Shown in pieces: positions 47,092 to 63,421 of a stretch of DNA of 64,000 nt (position 1 is the first letter of the stretch; every line of letters starts with the position of its first letter). Origin of the DNA: an uncultured Hormoscilla sp. (GTDB lineage Bacteria; Cyanobacteriota; Cyanobacteriia; Cyanobacteriales; Desertifilaceae); contig OZ001293.3 in NCBI GenBank assembly GCA_963921275.4, positions 5,088,001 to 5,152,000 on the forward strand. The letters are read 5' to 3'. Under the pieces are notes generated by a model. That model was not told the DNA's origin, made no database searches, and was given only the letters and a program-made list of their open reading frames with translations. Position numbers and translations under genes: made by a program.

Positions 47092-48510
47092 TTAAACAGC
47101 GGACTCTGTATTAACTCCTTTGGCAATATACCAGGTTGAGAGCCCTCCTGCGAGTACCAGGGCAGCCAAAGACAAAAACACCACATTTAATCCCAACCAG
47201 GTTTCTGCCACGCCGGACAGAGCTAAGGGCAGACTCAAGGCGATATTGACAGCATTATTCTGAAGTCCGAATACTTTCCCTCGCATAGCTTCAGGGGTTT
47301 GTGCCTGGATAGTGGTTTGCATCGGCACGCCCACCATAGCAGCAAAGACTCCCAAACAGGTAATTACAAGCAAGGCAGCCCACAGCTGTTGGGTACATAG
47401 AGAGAGGATAATTAAGGATGCTACCATACCTACCGAACCAATCAGACTCAGTTGAGCTCTTAGCCCCATGCCCTGACCAAAATTACCGAGTATGGCCGCA
47501 CCGAGCGAGATCCCGATCCCAGCAGCTGCTAGCAAGAAGCCAAACTGTTCGGCTTTTATCTCCGGGATTACCTCTGCCATCCGCACTGCTAAAACTGCTA
47601 AGGCCGCAAACACTGAAAACAAAATCACCAGTTGGAGTAGGGCGTTGCGGACGCGCTGGTTTTCTCCCAAATAGCGCACGCCCTCGCGGATATCTTGCCA
47701 AACATGGGGATGTTCCTGTTCTGTTGGGGCCAGTTTTTCCCCCGTCTTCAGCAGCAACAGCAGCAGACCTGCGACACAATAAAAGCCACCCACCACCAGT
47801 TCTTTACCAATATCAATGTTACCAGTAATTTTGTCCATGACAGTATCGGCGATCGCCAGGACTGGTTCTCCCAGGGCAAAGCCAACGATCACAGAGGCCA
47901 TCATGGTTGTAGTGTACAGGGAGTTTGCTGGCAGCAAATGACGGCGTTCTACAATCAGTGGAATTGCAGACTGTTCTGCGGGTGCGAAAAACTGCGTCAG
48001 GGTGGAAACCAAAAACGTGATCGAAAGCAGAAGGTAGAATCCTACTGGCAGTCCGAAAGCCCCTGTTGCCCCCTGGGAAAACCATAGCAACAATGGCACT
48101 ATCAACACAAATATCCCTCGCAGGATATTTGTCAATACCAGCACAGCCTTTTTCGACCAGCGATCGACAAACACTCCTGCGAGGGAACCAAACAGCACCG
48201 CTGGGATGGTAAAAGCAATCATAATCGCTGATACCCAGCCGCTGATTGTCTGATTTTCGTTTTGAAAGCGGCTGGCAATCAGAGCAATCATCAGCACTAG
48301 ATACAATTTATCTGCTAGCTGGGAAAATACTTGACCACTCCAGAGTGTGAGGAAATTCCGGTTTTTCAGTGCAGTACCGAACCCAGTCGGAGGTTCTGGC
48401 TCTGGGGGATTATCATGTTTTTCATCATCAGAGTCCAATTCCAGAGTGGATAGTTGTGCTTCCCTCATATCTAGAGGTGTCAATCGTTCTTCGGTCCCAT
48501 AATTAGGCAT
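47092..48510 (-). CDS. MFS transporter
   Basis: NRNFLTLWSGQVFSQLAD, AGVFVDRWSKK; start codon uncertain. Confidence 0.88.
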   Translation of the reverse strand: MPNYGTEERLTPLDMREAQLSTLELDSDDEKHDNPPEPEPPTGFGTALKNRNFLTLWSGQVFSQLADKLYLVLMIALIASRFQNENQTISGWVSAIMIAFTIPAVLFGSLAGVFVDRWSKKAVLVLTNILRGIFVLIVPLLLWFSQGATGAFGLPVGFYLLLSITFLVSTLTQFFAPAEQSAIPLIVERRHLLPANSLYTTTMMASVIVGFALGEPVLAIADTVMDKITGNIDIGKELVVGGFYCVAGLLLLLLKTGEKLAPTEQEHPHVWQDIREGVRYLGENQRVRNALLQLVILFSVFAALAVLAVRMAEVIPEIKAEQFGFLLAAAGIGISLGAAILGNFGQGMGLRAQLSLIGSVGMVASLIILSLCTQQLWAALLVITCLGVFAAMVGVPMQTTIQAQTPEAMRGKVFGLQNNAVNIALSLPLALSGVAETWLGLNVVFLSLAALVLAGGLSTWYIAKGVNTESAV

Positions 48511-48521
48511 TATCACAAACG

Positions 48522-49406
48522 CTATATAGTAGGCGATATTGGAAAACAAGTATCTATTAAGGCCGCAGCGCGGATCTGTCGATCGAAATGATATTCGGCA
48601 TACTGGCGCAGAATTTGTTCTAACCTGCGCCATGTATTGCTGGTTACTATCTTTTGCTTAGGCAATTCCGGAGCAGCTAGCTGCTGGAGCAAGGCTAATT
48701 CGGTGGCATTGATGCACGCATGTAACGCCCTTTGGCTTGACATTTTTTGGCCACTTTGGTTACCATACTCTAACTTAGCCGCAGCTTGAGCCCCTTCCTC
48801 CTCCGATGGTAGTGCGATCGCAGCAGGAAGCCGATCTGCGATCACTGATGCCATGACAGTACCACCCGCTAGCACGTTAAAGCCAACGTACCAGTTAGGG
48901 TTAGTAAAATCTGGGGTGAGGGGCTGTTTGGTAATGCAGCACAACTGCACTTGGGGACCGATACCTGCGATCGCTAGTAGGTGAAAGACCGCCTGGGTTA
49001 AGTGGGCCATGACAGTATGTAGTGGTGCATTCTCCAAGCGTCGGAGATGTTCGCTGAGTAACTCATAGAGTTCCCCTTGGGGCTGGCCACTCAAAGCTTG
49101 AAGCAGCACCAGTTCTGCCAAGTATTGACTAGCGGTCAACTTAGTCAGATTTGCAGACAAACCTGGATAGGATTCCAGCGTTTGGGCTTGAGTAATTTTA
49201 TCGAGGTTACGTCCCTGAGCAATCAGCAGCTGATTGACCACAAATAACCCACTCCGGCCAGCGAATTGAGATTTGTGCTTCCGGGCCCCCGGTGCTACGG
49301 CCCGAATTACACCAAACTCAGGGGTTAAAATCGTTAACAGCCGGTCATACTCTCCCAGGGGCATCCCTTTGAGATTAATTCCAGTTGCTTTGTAAGTACG
49401 ACTCAT
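48522..49406 (-). CDS. recO: DNA repair protein RecO
   Basis: LGEYDRLLTILTPEFG..AVAPGARK. Confidence 0.93.
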   Translation of the reverse strand: MSRTYKATGINLKGMPLGEYDRLLTILTPEFGVIRAVAPGARKHKSQFAGRSGLFVVNQLLIAQGRNLDKITQAQTLESYPGLSANLTKLTASQYLAELVLLQALSGQPQGELYELLSEHLRRLENAPLHTVMAHLTQAVFHLLAIAGIGPQVQLCCITKQPLTPDFTNPNWYVGFNVLAGGTVMASVIADRLPAAIALPSEEEGAQAAAKLEYGNQSGQKMSSQRALHACINATELALLQQLAAPELPKQKIVTSNTWRRLEQILRQYAEYHFDRQIRAAALIDTCFPISPTI

Positions 49407-49448
49407 GTTAATTATTGCTAATGGTTCATTGTTAATCGTGCATTACTA

Positions 49449-50135
49449 TTAGCCATCAGTCTCTGAAGCGAGTCGTGAGCCCTGAGTCAGCAAATCAGGA
49501 CCGCGTGAGGTTCCCAATCGGGTAGCACCGGCCATAACTAGGTTATAGGCTTGCTCTAGATTCCGAATACCCCCCGATGCTTTAATCCCTACTTGTCCCT
49601 TAGTTAATTGCTGGAGAAGTCGCACATCTGCCACTGTGGCCCCTTTATTCCAGCCAGTGCAGGTTTTCAAGAAAGCCACGCCAGCATCTAAACAAATTTC
49701 CGCTGCCAGTCGTTTTTCCGCGTCTGTCAGCAAAGTTGTTTCCAAAATAGCCTTGACAGTTTGACCAGTTTCCTCACAGATTTGGGCAATTTCCCGGTGG
49801 ACTGCTTCAGTTTTCCCGGCTTTCAACAATCCTAGGTTGAGCATGACATCTAGCTCAACTGCCCCATGTTCTACAGCCTCCATAGCTTCGTATAGCTTGA
49901 CTGCTGCGGTAGTAGCGCCAGCGGGAAAGCCAATCACAGTACAGACTTTGGGTGCTTTACCGTGGAGGATATCGGCAGCTTGACGCACATAGGCAGGAGT
50001 TACACAGACTGTGATAAAATTCATCTGCTCTGCTTCTTCACACCACTGAACTACCTGTTGGGGGGTAGCGGTAGGATGCAGCAGCGAGTGCTCAATATAC
50101 TGGGTAATGTCAATATCGGGATAGTCTAGCTCCAT
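49449..50135 (-). CDS. deoC: Deoxyribose-phosphate aldolase
   Basis: [34 protein letters not shown]. Confidence 0.95.
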   Translation of the reverse strand: MELDYPDIDITQYIEHSLLHPTATPQQVVQWCEEAEQMNFITVCVTPAYVRQAADILHGKAPKVCTVIGFPAGATTAAVKLYEAMEAVEHGAVELDVMLNLGLLKAGKTEAVHREIAQICEETGQTVKAILETTLLTDAEKRLAAEICLDAGVAFLKTCTGWNKGATVADVRLLQQLTKGQVGIKASGGIRNLEQAYNLVMAGATRLGTSRGPDLLTQGSRLASETDG

Positions 50136-50547
50136 TACTACCTCACAAAAGTGACTGCTTATCGGGACTTTGAGAAAAAATAGGCGTGAAAGGGTTTGAT
50201 GCCATTTTACGCCTATTTTTTCTCAAAGTCCCGTTAAGTATCCTCATCTGGTCAGAACAGATCCGAAAAAAATGGCTGTTTGGGCTCTCCCGAGGCTCTG
50301 GCCACAAAAAAACCCCAGCCCGGAGGCTGAGGATAATTTTTCAGGGTGCATCTACTTTTTAACCTACATTCCGCACGACAAAATGTATTACGGAATGATT
50401 ACAAAAAACTTGTGATTTTACGAACCGAAAAGTTCATATCTGTATAAATAAATATACGTCCTGTTTACTAAATTCTCAGAGCTAGTACCGATTAAAAAAA
50501 GTAGTGCAATAGTAATCTAACCGATAAATTAATTACTTAGCATGTTA

Positions 50548-53113
50548 GAGCCTGTTTTAAAAGTTTATGAAGGTATAAATTAAGCCAAGGGCCGAAGCAT
50601 GAGTCTAATCATAGCAATATAGACCATCATTTCTGAATTTTCTCTCAGGTGCTCGTAGTCTTTACTTAGTCTGCGAAACCAATTAAGCCAGCCAAAAGTT
50701 CGTTCAACAACGAGCGCGTTTTTTCAATAAAACAAAACATGAAAGTTTGTTTCGGTCGCAACACAACCTGAATAACGAGCGCGTAATTTATCCATCGCCC
50801 ATTGCATAAAAGGATTACCACTATAGCCGCCATCCACCCAAACCAAATAAAGACGACTGACTTTTGGGCCCATAAGCTTTACTTTTTCCAATACCTGTTG
50901 TTCCCCTTCTCGCTCTGGAACACGCTTCTGCCGTCACCAATACGCGCGTAAAACCAGACGATAATTACTCAATCAGTCCCTTGACCTTTTTAGCCGCATC
51001 AAAGCCTAATGCTACTAAGAAATCAATTTACGCTCCCCAACTGTAGCTCTTATATAACTTGCTTGCGAGCCCGATCGCGTGAGCCTTTGAGAGCTGGGAA
51101 AACTTGAGGTCGTCTCCTTACTTTACGAGGTTCATGTTTTACTTTATTTGGCTGGTGAGGTAATCGGCACGATCGCTAATCTCGTTATCAGCCAATCTTC
51201 TAATTTATTTTCTGTTATCACCCATTGAGGAACACCCTGGGTCAAAATATCTCGCAATCGTCTCCAACAGCAACTAAAGCTTAATTGATTAGGTTTGATA
51301 TCTGCTTTGATTTCGGCTTTTAACATTAAAGCGCAAATCAAATTATAAGTTAATAAACCTGCTGCTAATTCCTTACGAAACATTTCTGCTGTTTTGACAT
51401 CAAACTCTTCCATCTCCAATCTCCAAGGTAGTTTTTATATAGCGGTAATCTACTTCTACTTGCCACTTCTGTCCATATAGTTCCACCAATTCATCAATTG
51501 AGTATACTTACTTATCCATCAAATTTGTAAATAAATATAAATCTATCGGTCTAAATCCCTTCTGGCGTAACTGCACGTAAATTATTCGCCCAGTTAGAGG
51601 AGATTTTGCAAGTCCAGGCTCAACTTTTGTTGTTGGCTCTGCTTTCCATATTACCTGGGACTCTTGGCCACTAGATAAGGAACCTTTCTGTGATGATGTT
51701 TTTAGTAGTTTACGAGCTGTTCGTTGTTCTAATCGTAGCAATACTTTCTTGCCATAAAAATTAGTTACCTGAACAACTCTGTAGACTCCGAATGCTCTAT
51801 CTCCCATATAGATGCTGTCAGCTTCTGGGTCTTGTTCCATAATCTGACCAACCATTGCTGGTTCACTAATTCCCTCTTCTACAAAAGCAATTACGGTTTG
51901 ACTAAATAGACAGCAGGCTATCAAAGACTTAACAACCACCCAATGACTCATTCCTTTTCCATTGCTTGCTTGGCGATAGGTTGACAGTAAATCCGGAGTG
52001 GGTTGAAGTCTAAAAGTTGTTCCATCAAGTAATCTAACTGAATGACATTTCCATAGCTTCATCATCATCAGCTTCTCTTATCCAGTTTAATATAGTCTCT
52101 ATTACCTTATTTAACGCACTCATTATTACTAATAGTAGCATTCGTAATCTTCCTTGTATATAACTAGATGTACTTTCGGATTTTAATCAGCGCGAAACAG
52201 GAAACTGGTTAGGGTCTTCTTTGTCTAAACCATCAACTGCGCCCGTGTAAATAATGACTAATGACCGCATCACAGGTCGCTGTTTAAACGTTGATATATT
52301 AATCCCCATAAAATTATTAATGGGGTTAGCACTCGCCAGTATAGCCTGACTTTAGAGTTTTTTACCCATTGTTTAATAACTGTGCGTGAAAAGATTTCGC
52401 CAAAAATGGCTAATAAGTCTTCAATTGATGCTTTGACGGTTGTAGTTTGTCGTTGTACCCAAGCGGGCTCGCGATCGCATGCCATAATAGTTGATTCCAA
52501 ACGTTCCTTTACCTATATTCTATCAGAGGTAGTTCACCAACGTCAAGTGTTTTAGTTAAAATTATTAACTGGCATAGGTTAGAGAGCTTTTTAAGTAATA
52601 ATACTCATGAGTATACCATAATTTGCTCAAAATTACCATAAAAATTGATTTCTTAGTAGCATTACATCAAAGCCCACTTCGGAATGCACTATTGTATCGG
52701 TAGCAACACTTTGGCTATCAAGAATTGCCTTAGAAGGGCTGATCTAACGACCGGCAGCAACGCGGGTCCAACTGTGTAATAGATCCCTAATAGCGTAGTG
52801 CCTAAGAGGCGCCAATGGAGAAAATAAGTGTAAACCCTTTGCCAAGCCGGAAAACCCCCAGGCAAGTCCCGCCATTTACACCCTTGAGTAACCAGATAAA
52901 AAATGGCATTAAGGACGGACAACATACAGACTTCTCGGGGACGACCTCCCGGTTTCGCCGGTGAAATCAGCGGTTTAATCAATTCATACTGGTCTTGAGT
53001 CAGATCACTGGAATATACTTTAGTCATGGCTCATATGGGACTACAGATTTCCGTATCTTTAGTATAAACCCTGTGGGCTTTTTTACTCCCCTTGTTACTT
53101 TTAAGACATCCTC
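50548..53113 (-). mobile_element. IS5-family (IS1031-like) element, decayed, interrupted by IS4
   Basis: Imperfect IRs GAGCCTGTTTTAAAAGT / ACTTTTAAGACATCCTC with TTA flanks on both sides. Transposase MTKVYSSDLT...WRDLP, WVDGGY, ERTFGWL. About 900 nt after removing the IS4. Confidence 0.85.
51007..52664 (-). mobile_element. IS4-family element, frameshifted transposase
   Basis: 23-bp TIR TAATGCTACTAAGAAATCAATTT; 10-bp TSD CATCAAAGCC (50997-51006 and 52665-52674); LLDGTT and GDRAF DDE motifs. Confidence 0.9.
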
Positions 53114-53313
53114 TTACAACTTGTCGTGCGGAAAGTGGGTTTTAAGTATCCTCATCTGGTCAGAACAGATCCGGAAAAAATGGCTGTTTGGGCTTTTTCG
53201 GGACGCTCGCAGGCAAAAAAAACCTCAGCGAGGGGTGTATAACAGTTAAAAATTTGGCGTTGCACTTCGGACGGGATGATAGACATAGTTGCAATAGTTT
53301 TAAACCTACACTA

Positions 53314-56279
<2,966 letters not shown>

Positions 56280-56344
56280 AACACACCTCCAATTCCGGAA
56301 AAGTCTCAGCCTCTCTATGATCATCTATAATTCATAGAGGGCAA

Positions 56345-56526
56345 GCCTTTGGGCTATCCTGTTCAGCGGAACCAGTGCCCAAGTGGAGTAATGGAAGGAA
56401 TTAACAATATTCTTAAGCTGATTAAGCGTCAAGGATACGGATTTACAAACTTTGAGAACTTCCGTTTACGTTTATTAGCTTGCTTCTCTGATAAGAAAAA
56501 CTTATCACCATAAGTACAGGAGACCC
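56345..56526 (+). pseudogene. ISL3-family transposase 3' remnant
   Basis: INNILKLIKRQGYGFTNFENFRLRLL; terminal GGAGACCC. Confidence 0.75.
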
Positions 56527-56724
56527 ATATGGATTGACTGAAAACATTGAAATATCCAAGGTAGGGTCGGTCTATCCGTCAGCGGACCTAACTGATTTTT
56601 TACTCCTGAACCTGTTCCTTTAAGTGTTTGCCTTATCTGTCGCTCTGCTACTTTATACACTAACAAAGATCAAGCCATAATTAAACATAAAACTTCAATT
56701 CGTTTTGGAGATTTAATAAATACA

Positions 56725-58608
56725 CTATCCGCTGGATTTATTACTGGGTTTGATAAGGGTTTTGAATCCTAGCGGTTTCCCGTGTCCGTTCTTGCCCGTG
56801 TAATATTTTCCTACCTCATATTGCCTTACATTGAACCCTAGGAAGTCAAACCCCGGGTTTTCGCCGTGTAGCGTATGAGTTATTTTTGTCTTTTCAGGCT
56901 TGAGTTCTAGTCCAATCCCTTTTAGCCACTCTGCTATAACCTCCTGCGCTTCTTCTATCTTTTCTCTTTTGTCATGCATCACCACAAAGTCATCAGCATA
57001 TCTGACTACCGCCAGCTTTTGTTTTTCTCTTTGTGTTTCTGCTAGTTTCATTACCACTTCTTCTAGCCCATGTAGGGCTACATTCGCTAGTAATGGTGAT
57101 ATGACTCCTCCCGTACCCTCTTCGGTTGCATACCATTCTTTCTTGTCTATCACCCCGGCTTTTAACCATGCCCGTATTTGTCTACGGATTGGTGATGTTG
57201 TATTCAATTTTTTCATTAGCGCTTTATGGTCAATTTTGTCGAAGCGTCGAAGCATTTCGCTATGTCAGCATCTCGGATGGGGTCGAGCCGGGAATCGCTT
57301 CCCGACCCTCCCTTGAGGAACCGGACTTGCGATTTTCACCGCATCCGGCTACTGGGTACTAGGCCCTTTTCATAGGTAGACTTAATAGGAATTACTTCCG
57401 TTAGCCCTTGCCGCCTGTCTTTTCTTCCCTTTCCTGGTTTAGCGAGTGGTTGTTCTGATAACCGTTAGTATCACCATTTTCAAGTCAGTTTTACCAGTTA
57501 TCCATACCTTATCCTCCACTTGCGTTTCGGATTAGTTCCGTGGCTTTTTAGGATTACTCATTCCAGCAGCTTCCTAGTATCACCGACCCACGTCAGCGCT
57601 GGCTACCCAGCATCATCTACATTACTGTAGATGTTATCCCAGGAATTACCCCGGGCATTCGCTTCTTGGGCCATCCCTCCCCCCGTGGCTTGCGCTTAAC
57701 ATCTAACTTGTCCTGATGGACAGCACACGAGAGGTTACTTCGTTCCCTAACAACATTTCGCGATACCTTTAGGTCCACACTATACCCCGGGAGCTATTTG
57801 AGTACTATATTAGCCAGAGTCTAAAACTAATACTAGCTACCATTTCCTTTTTAGGCCAGCGCATATAGCCTTATTTCGCTGGTTCCTTATAACGAGGCTT
57901 GCACATGTTTGCCTGCTCTAACCTTGGATATCTTTCCTAGCGGCGTCACCGGCTTAGGCTGCCAGTTATCCTACATTTGAGTCCTCGCTTAGCACCACGA
58001 TGATGTCGCTTCGTAGCACCGAGGACCGGTGTCACCCCCGTACCTGGGGGGAGGGGAATTTAACCCTCATGCGGTCAGAGTTCCCGGCTAATGAAACCGG
58101 GCTAGCGTTCCGTGTTTGACCACGTTAGGCTAGAACGAATCGCACAGACCCACTTAGGTTTTCATTTGATGCTGAGAAATATTGCTCCGATTGCATCGTG
58201 GCATCCTCTTCCCGGTCTGAACCCCTAGGAGTTTCCTTCCATATACGCTTCCCATTCAGGATAACTGCGCAATCTTTAGTAACCCCTGTGTCGCACGGTC
58301 GTACATCGTCGGTATCCCCCAATGGACGCTTTTCGTCTCTTCCAGGCTTCGGTATCCACACTCGTCGTGCTGGTTTGGCCTTGTTTGAGATTTCTATCCG
58401 TCCTACCAGTTCTGTCCTTTGCTTTGGTGTCAGTGATTTCACACCATCCACTCCGGCAGTTTTCTTTCCCTGGTTGTCTTGTGTTACCTGTCTTACCGCT
58501 AGACTTTTGGCTGCCCGGGATTTTCACCAGTAACCTCTGGAGTCTGCGAACTGTCCGCTTATCACCAAGTTGTGCCGCTCTGTAAATTCTCAGAAGCAAC
58601 TTAAAGAC
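56725..58608 (-). pseudogene. ltrA: Second group II intron RT ORF, decayed, with a nested ORF-less intron
   Basis: Paralogue of 1116..2891: VFKL..RIYRAAQ, VTQDNQGKKTAGVDG, YADD. Has stops and frameshifts, lacks PQ of GTPQGG, and its 5' end is cut by IS982. Confidence 0.88.
57275..58145 (-). mobile_element. ORF-less group II intron variant (871 nt) forming a twintron
   Basis: GTGCGATTCGTTCTAG at 58145; domain V TAGCCGGATGCGGTGAAAATCGCAAGTCCGGTTC; inserted in KPKWV^xDADI of the RT. Confidence 0.9.
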
Positions 58609-59625
58609 ACGTGAGTTCGACGGACTGGACAAAAAAAAAAGGCGGAGACTGGGTTTGAACCATTCCACCCCAGTCTGAACCCACCATGAGTCAAATTGTA
58701 TCGCGCCTGGATGTCACCCGCATCTTCTGTGAACTAGACGACTTCTGCCAAATGTTCGATTTTTCCGGAACGGTGCGCCACTGGGAAGAACAACCGCAAC
58801 TGCCCTCCATGCCTGGGGAACGATGCTGTCGTTCGCGCATGAGCCTCTCAGAAATTATGACGATTGCCATCGCTTTTCATGGCTCGGGCTTCCGTACGTT
58901 CAAAGAGTTTTACACCCTGTGTGTTCTCCCCCATTGGCGCGGAGCCTTTCCCAACTTGGTCAGCTATAATCGCTTTGTGGAATTGATGCCGTGGTGTCTA
59001 ATGCTATGAAGTTGTTTTCTTCATACTCGAAAAGGAGAAGTTACAGGCATTTCCTTTGTTGATTCTACACCCATAGAAGTTTGTCACCCTCGTCGTGCTC
59101 ATAACCATAAGGTGTTCAAAGGGCTAGTCCACTGGGGGAAAAGCTCAACTGGCTGGCATTTCGGATTTAAATTGCATTTGATTATCAACGAGCGCGGAGA
59201 GTTACTAGCCTTCAAGCTCACGCCAGCCAACACTGACGACCGTAAACCTGTACCAGAGATGGCTCAAGACTTGTTTGGAAAACTGTTTGGAGACCGGGGA
59301 TATGTCTTGAGAGACCTATTCGAGAAATTATACGAACAAGGTCTCAAATTGCTAAATCGAAGCGAAATATGAAAAATCGCTTGATGAAAACGAGCGATAA
59401 AATCCAGCTCCGAAAGCGGGCCGTCATTGAATCAGTCAACGACCAACTCAAGAACATCTGTCAAATCGAGCATTCTCGCCACCGGAGTGTCTTCAACTTC
59501 TTGGTCAACCTGCTGGCCGGCTTGGTGGCCTACACCGACGCCGATAAAAAACCTCGCCTCGATCTGGAGGTCAAAGGCTTACCAGCACTACCTCCTGCCA
59601 TTTTATAGTTTCGTCGAATTCACGT
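58609..59625 (+). mobile_element. IS982-family copy B (1017 nt), defective
   Basis: Same IRs and same lesions as copy A (TGA 59007-59009, frameshift near 59365); inverted relative to A. Confidence 0.93.
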
Positions 59626-59761
59626 GATTTTAAGGCGATCGCCTGACTTAATCCACCAGTGAGAACCCGAAAGCTGACATTCCTGGCGCCATCGTCTTCA
59701 CCAATTTATCCCACCATTACCTGACCTGCAAGTAATTAGGGACACAAAAGCCAGAAATCTT

Positions 59762-60889
59762 TCAGGCTGCTAATAGCTGCTGCCCCATTATCCCTTGATA
59801 GTACCGGCGCAACTGCCTAGTCGCGGCATCCCAACCCCAGCGTTCTGCTTCGGATCGGGCATTGCGCCGCAGGGTTTCTCGTTGTTCCCCATTTTCTAGG
59901 AGACGCACTGTGGCGGCGATCGCCCCTTGTGCGTCCGTTGGATCGAATAGATAACTGTTCACCCCATCGGTGACAATATCGATTATCCCACCAGTACCGG
60001 CGGCCACCACGGGACACCCAGCGGCCATTGCTTCTAATAGCACTAATCCTAAGGTTTCCGTGCGGGAGGGAAAGATAAAGGCGTCTGCTGAGGCAAAGGC
60101 TGAGGCCAGTTCCACACCGTGGAGATAACCGACGAAATGAGTGGGCGTATCGGCAAAATGGGCTTCCAGGGCCAGGCGATGGGGGCCATCTCCGACTAAT
60201 GCCAGTCTGGCCTGAGGAATTGCTTCTAAGACTGGTTTGATCCGATCGATTTCTTTTTCCGCACCCAGACGTCCCACATATAGTAGCAAGGGACTTTCGG
60301 GATGTCCTTGGCTGAGGCGCGATCGCATTTCCTTTGATGCCAGTTCCGGATCGAACAATTCTGTATCCACGCCCCGCTGCCATAGGTCTACTCGTTCTAT
60401 CCCGTGCGATCGCAGTTCTGATACCATTGCCATTGAGGTACATAAATTCAGGTCAGCTTGATTATGGGCCCTTTTGAGCATTTCCCATAGCACTGATTCT
60501 AGCATTCCTAAACCATAATGCTGTAAATATTTTGGTAGATGGGTATGGTAGGATGCTACCAGGGGAATATTCAGGGTCTTGGCATAATATATCCCGCCTA
60601 ATCCCAATATTGCTGGGTTGGCTACATGCACGATATCTGGCTGAAACTTCTCCAGGACTTCGCCAATTTCTGGGCGCGGAAACGCCATTTTTAACTCCGG
60701 ATACCAGGGTAGGGGCCTCCAGGATAATCCATGAACTTGGGCCCCTTTGTATTCCGTCAGCCCTCCTTCGGGACAGAATATCAGTACCCGATCACCGTTA
60801 CGTTGTAAGTGGTCTACTGTATGACGCAGGCGCGTCACTATGCCGTCTACTTTGGGCAGAAATGTTTCAGTAAAAAGAGCGATGCGCAT
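59762..60889 (-). CDS. sqdX: Sulfoquinovosyltransferase
   Basis: MRIALFTETFLPKVDGIVTRL, ETLGLVLLEAMA; adjacent to sqdB. Confidence 0.93.
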   Translation of the reverse strand: MRIALFTETFLPKVDGIVTRLRHTVDHLQRNGDRVLIFCPEGGLTEYKGAQVHGLSWRPLPWYPELKMAFPRPEIGEVLEKFQPDIVHVANPAILGLGGIYYAKTLNIPLVASYHTHLPKYLQHYGLGMLESVLWEMLKRAHNQADLNLCTSMAMVSELRSHGIERVDLWQRGVDTELFDPELASKEMRSRLSQGHPESPLLLYVGRLGAEKEIDRIKPVLEAIPQARLALVGDGPHRLALEAHFADTPTHFVGYLHGVELASAFASADAFIFPSRTETLGLVLLEAMAAGCPVVAAGTGGIIDIVTDGVNSYLFDPTDAQGAIAATVRLLENGEQRETLRRNARSEAERWGWDAATRQLRRYYQGIMGQQLLAA

Positions 60890-60958
60890 AATTGGTTATA
60901 GGTCATTTTCGGTTGGTCATTTGTCAGTTAACCAGGACAAATGACCAAATACAAAGGA

Positions 60959-62146
<1,188 letters not shown>

Positions 62147-62510
62147 TTAATGTTGCTTGCCAATCTTCGGTCAATTTAGCAGGTTTGGGTCACCTTTGGC
62201 AAAACTTGCTTTTCCTTTTATAGCATAAATGCCTATAAATTTAGCAGCTTCTCTTTTCTGCAACTGCTTCAGTATGACCGGCGTCCTTTTGGGTCTGCTT
62301 CTACCGGTGACATATTTAATTTATACCAGTGATATATGGATTAACTACCGGCAGTAGCATGATTAAGACTGTCGGTGGGATTATTCCTACTGTCGGGTTT
62401 GGTGGGAACAAAAGGCGGACGATAGCATTTATTCGGTGCGGGCAAATTACCCTGACGATCGCATTGTACTGCTTTCAATAGTTAGATTACATCAGTATAA
62501 TTGACCTTAA

Positions 62511-63421
62511 CGGGACTTAGACAAAATCTAAGCCCACACATCGCGCCCGACTCGCGCAAGTGAGCAGCAAATACATCAACATTGTTACCTAGCCAACCCA
62601 CAAACCGCGCTTGAGACGGCTGTACGAAAGGATCTTGACGCTCCAACAAATGTTTTTAATGGTCCCGCCGCCTATTGTCGCGCTAGACCACCGGTTAACC
62701 AATGCCACAGAATAAAAGTATAAGCACAAAAAACGCTCGTTTTCATGACGCTCAATACTTTTTTTACCTCTAAGTTGGCATTCTCAAAAAAACAACCAGC
62801 CTTTTACCGTTCCGTAAAAAACTTCAACCCAATTACCTTGTGAATAGGTGGTAACTATCCATTCTGCCGTAGCTTTTTCTATGGGAGCATTGGTTATTAA
62901 ATAATCAATTTCCGTTGCCAAGTCAACAGTTTTGGCATTCATTACGATAGCTATTGTTCCTTGACTTGACATCTGTATCACTTGAAGTGATACAAAAAAT
63001 CTCTACTTTTATTGTTGCTACCCAAACTGGACGAGGTTTTGGTAAATCTAGCTGGACTGAAAGCTTCTTCTGGTAATATAGCTGTCAGTTAATCTAATCT
63101 CCGGAACTGATGAGAGGCCCTGTCTTTATTTCAACTTCTACCTTTCTCTTCTTAGGACATCCAATATAAATTAATCCTCTTTTTTCTAATTCTTTTAACA
63201 AAGGACCGTTATTACCATAACCTCCATCTAATCTATCAAGGTTACTTCCGGAGGATAACCTCGAGTTAAACACTTATCAATTAGTTCTAAGGTCGGGTTT
63301 TTTCTTGAATTCTGGATCTTATGCATCCTTCTTATAAAGAACTTGCCGGTAAATATTGGGCAAAATCTAACGGTAAACTTCTTACTCCGCGTTGTTACCA
63401 TTACAAGACCGTTATCAGTTT
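62511..63421 (-). pseudogene. IS701-family transposase remnant
   Basis: TDNGLVMVT, DGGYGNNGP, DYLITN, WVEVFY..KGWL; end TTAA|CGGGACTT. Confidence 0.75.
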
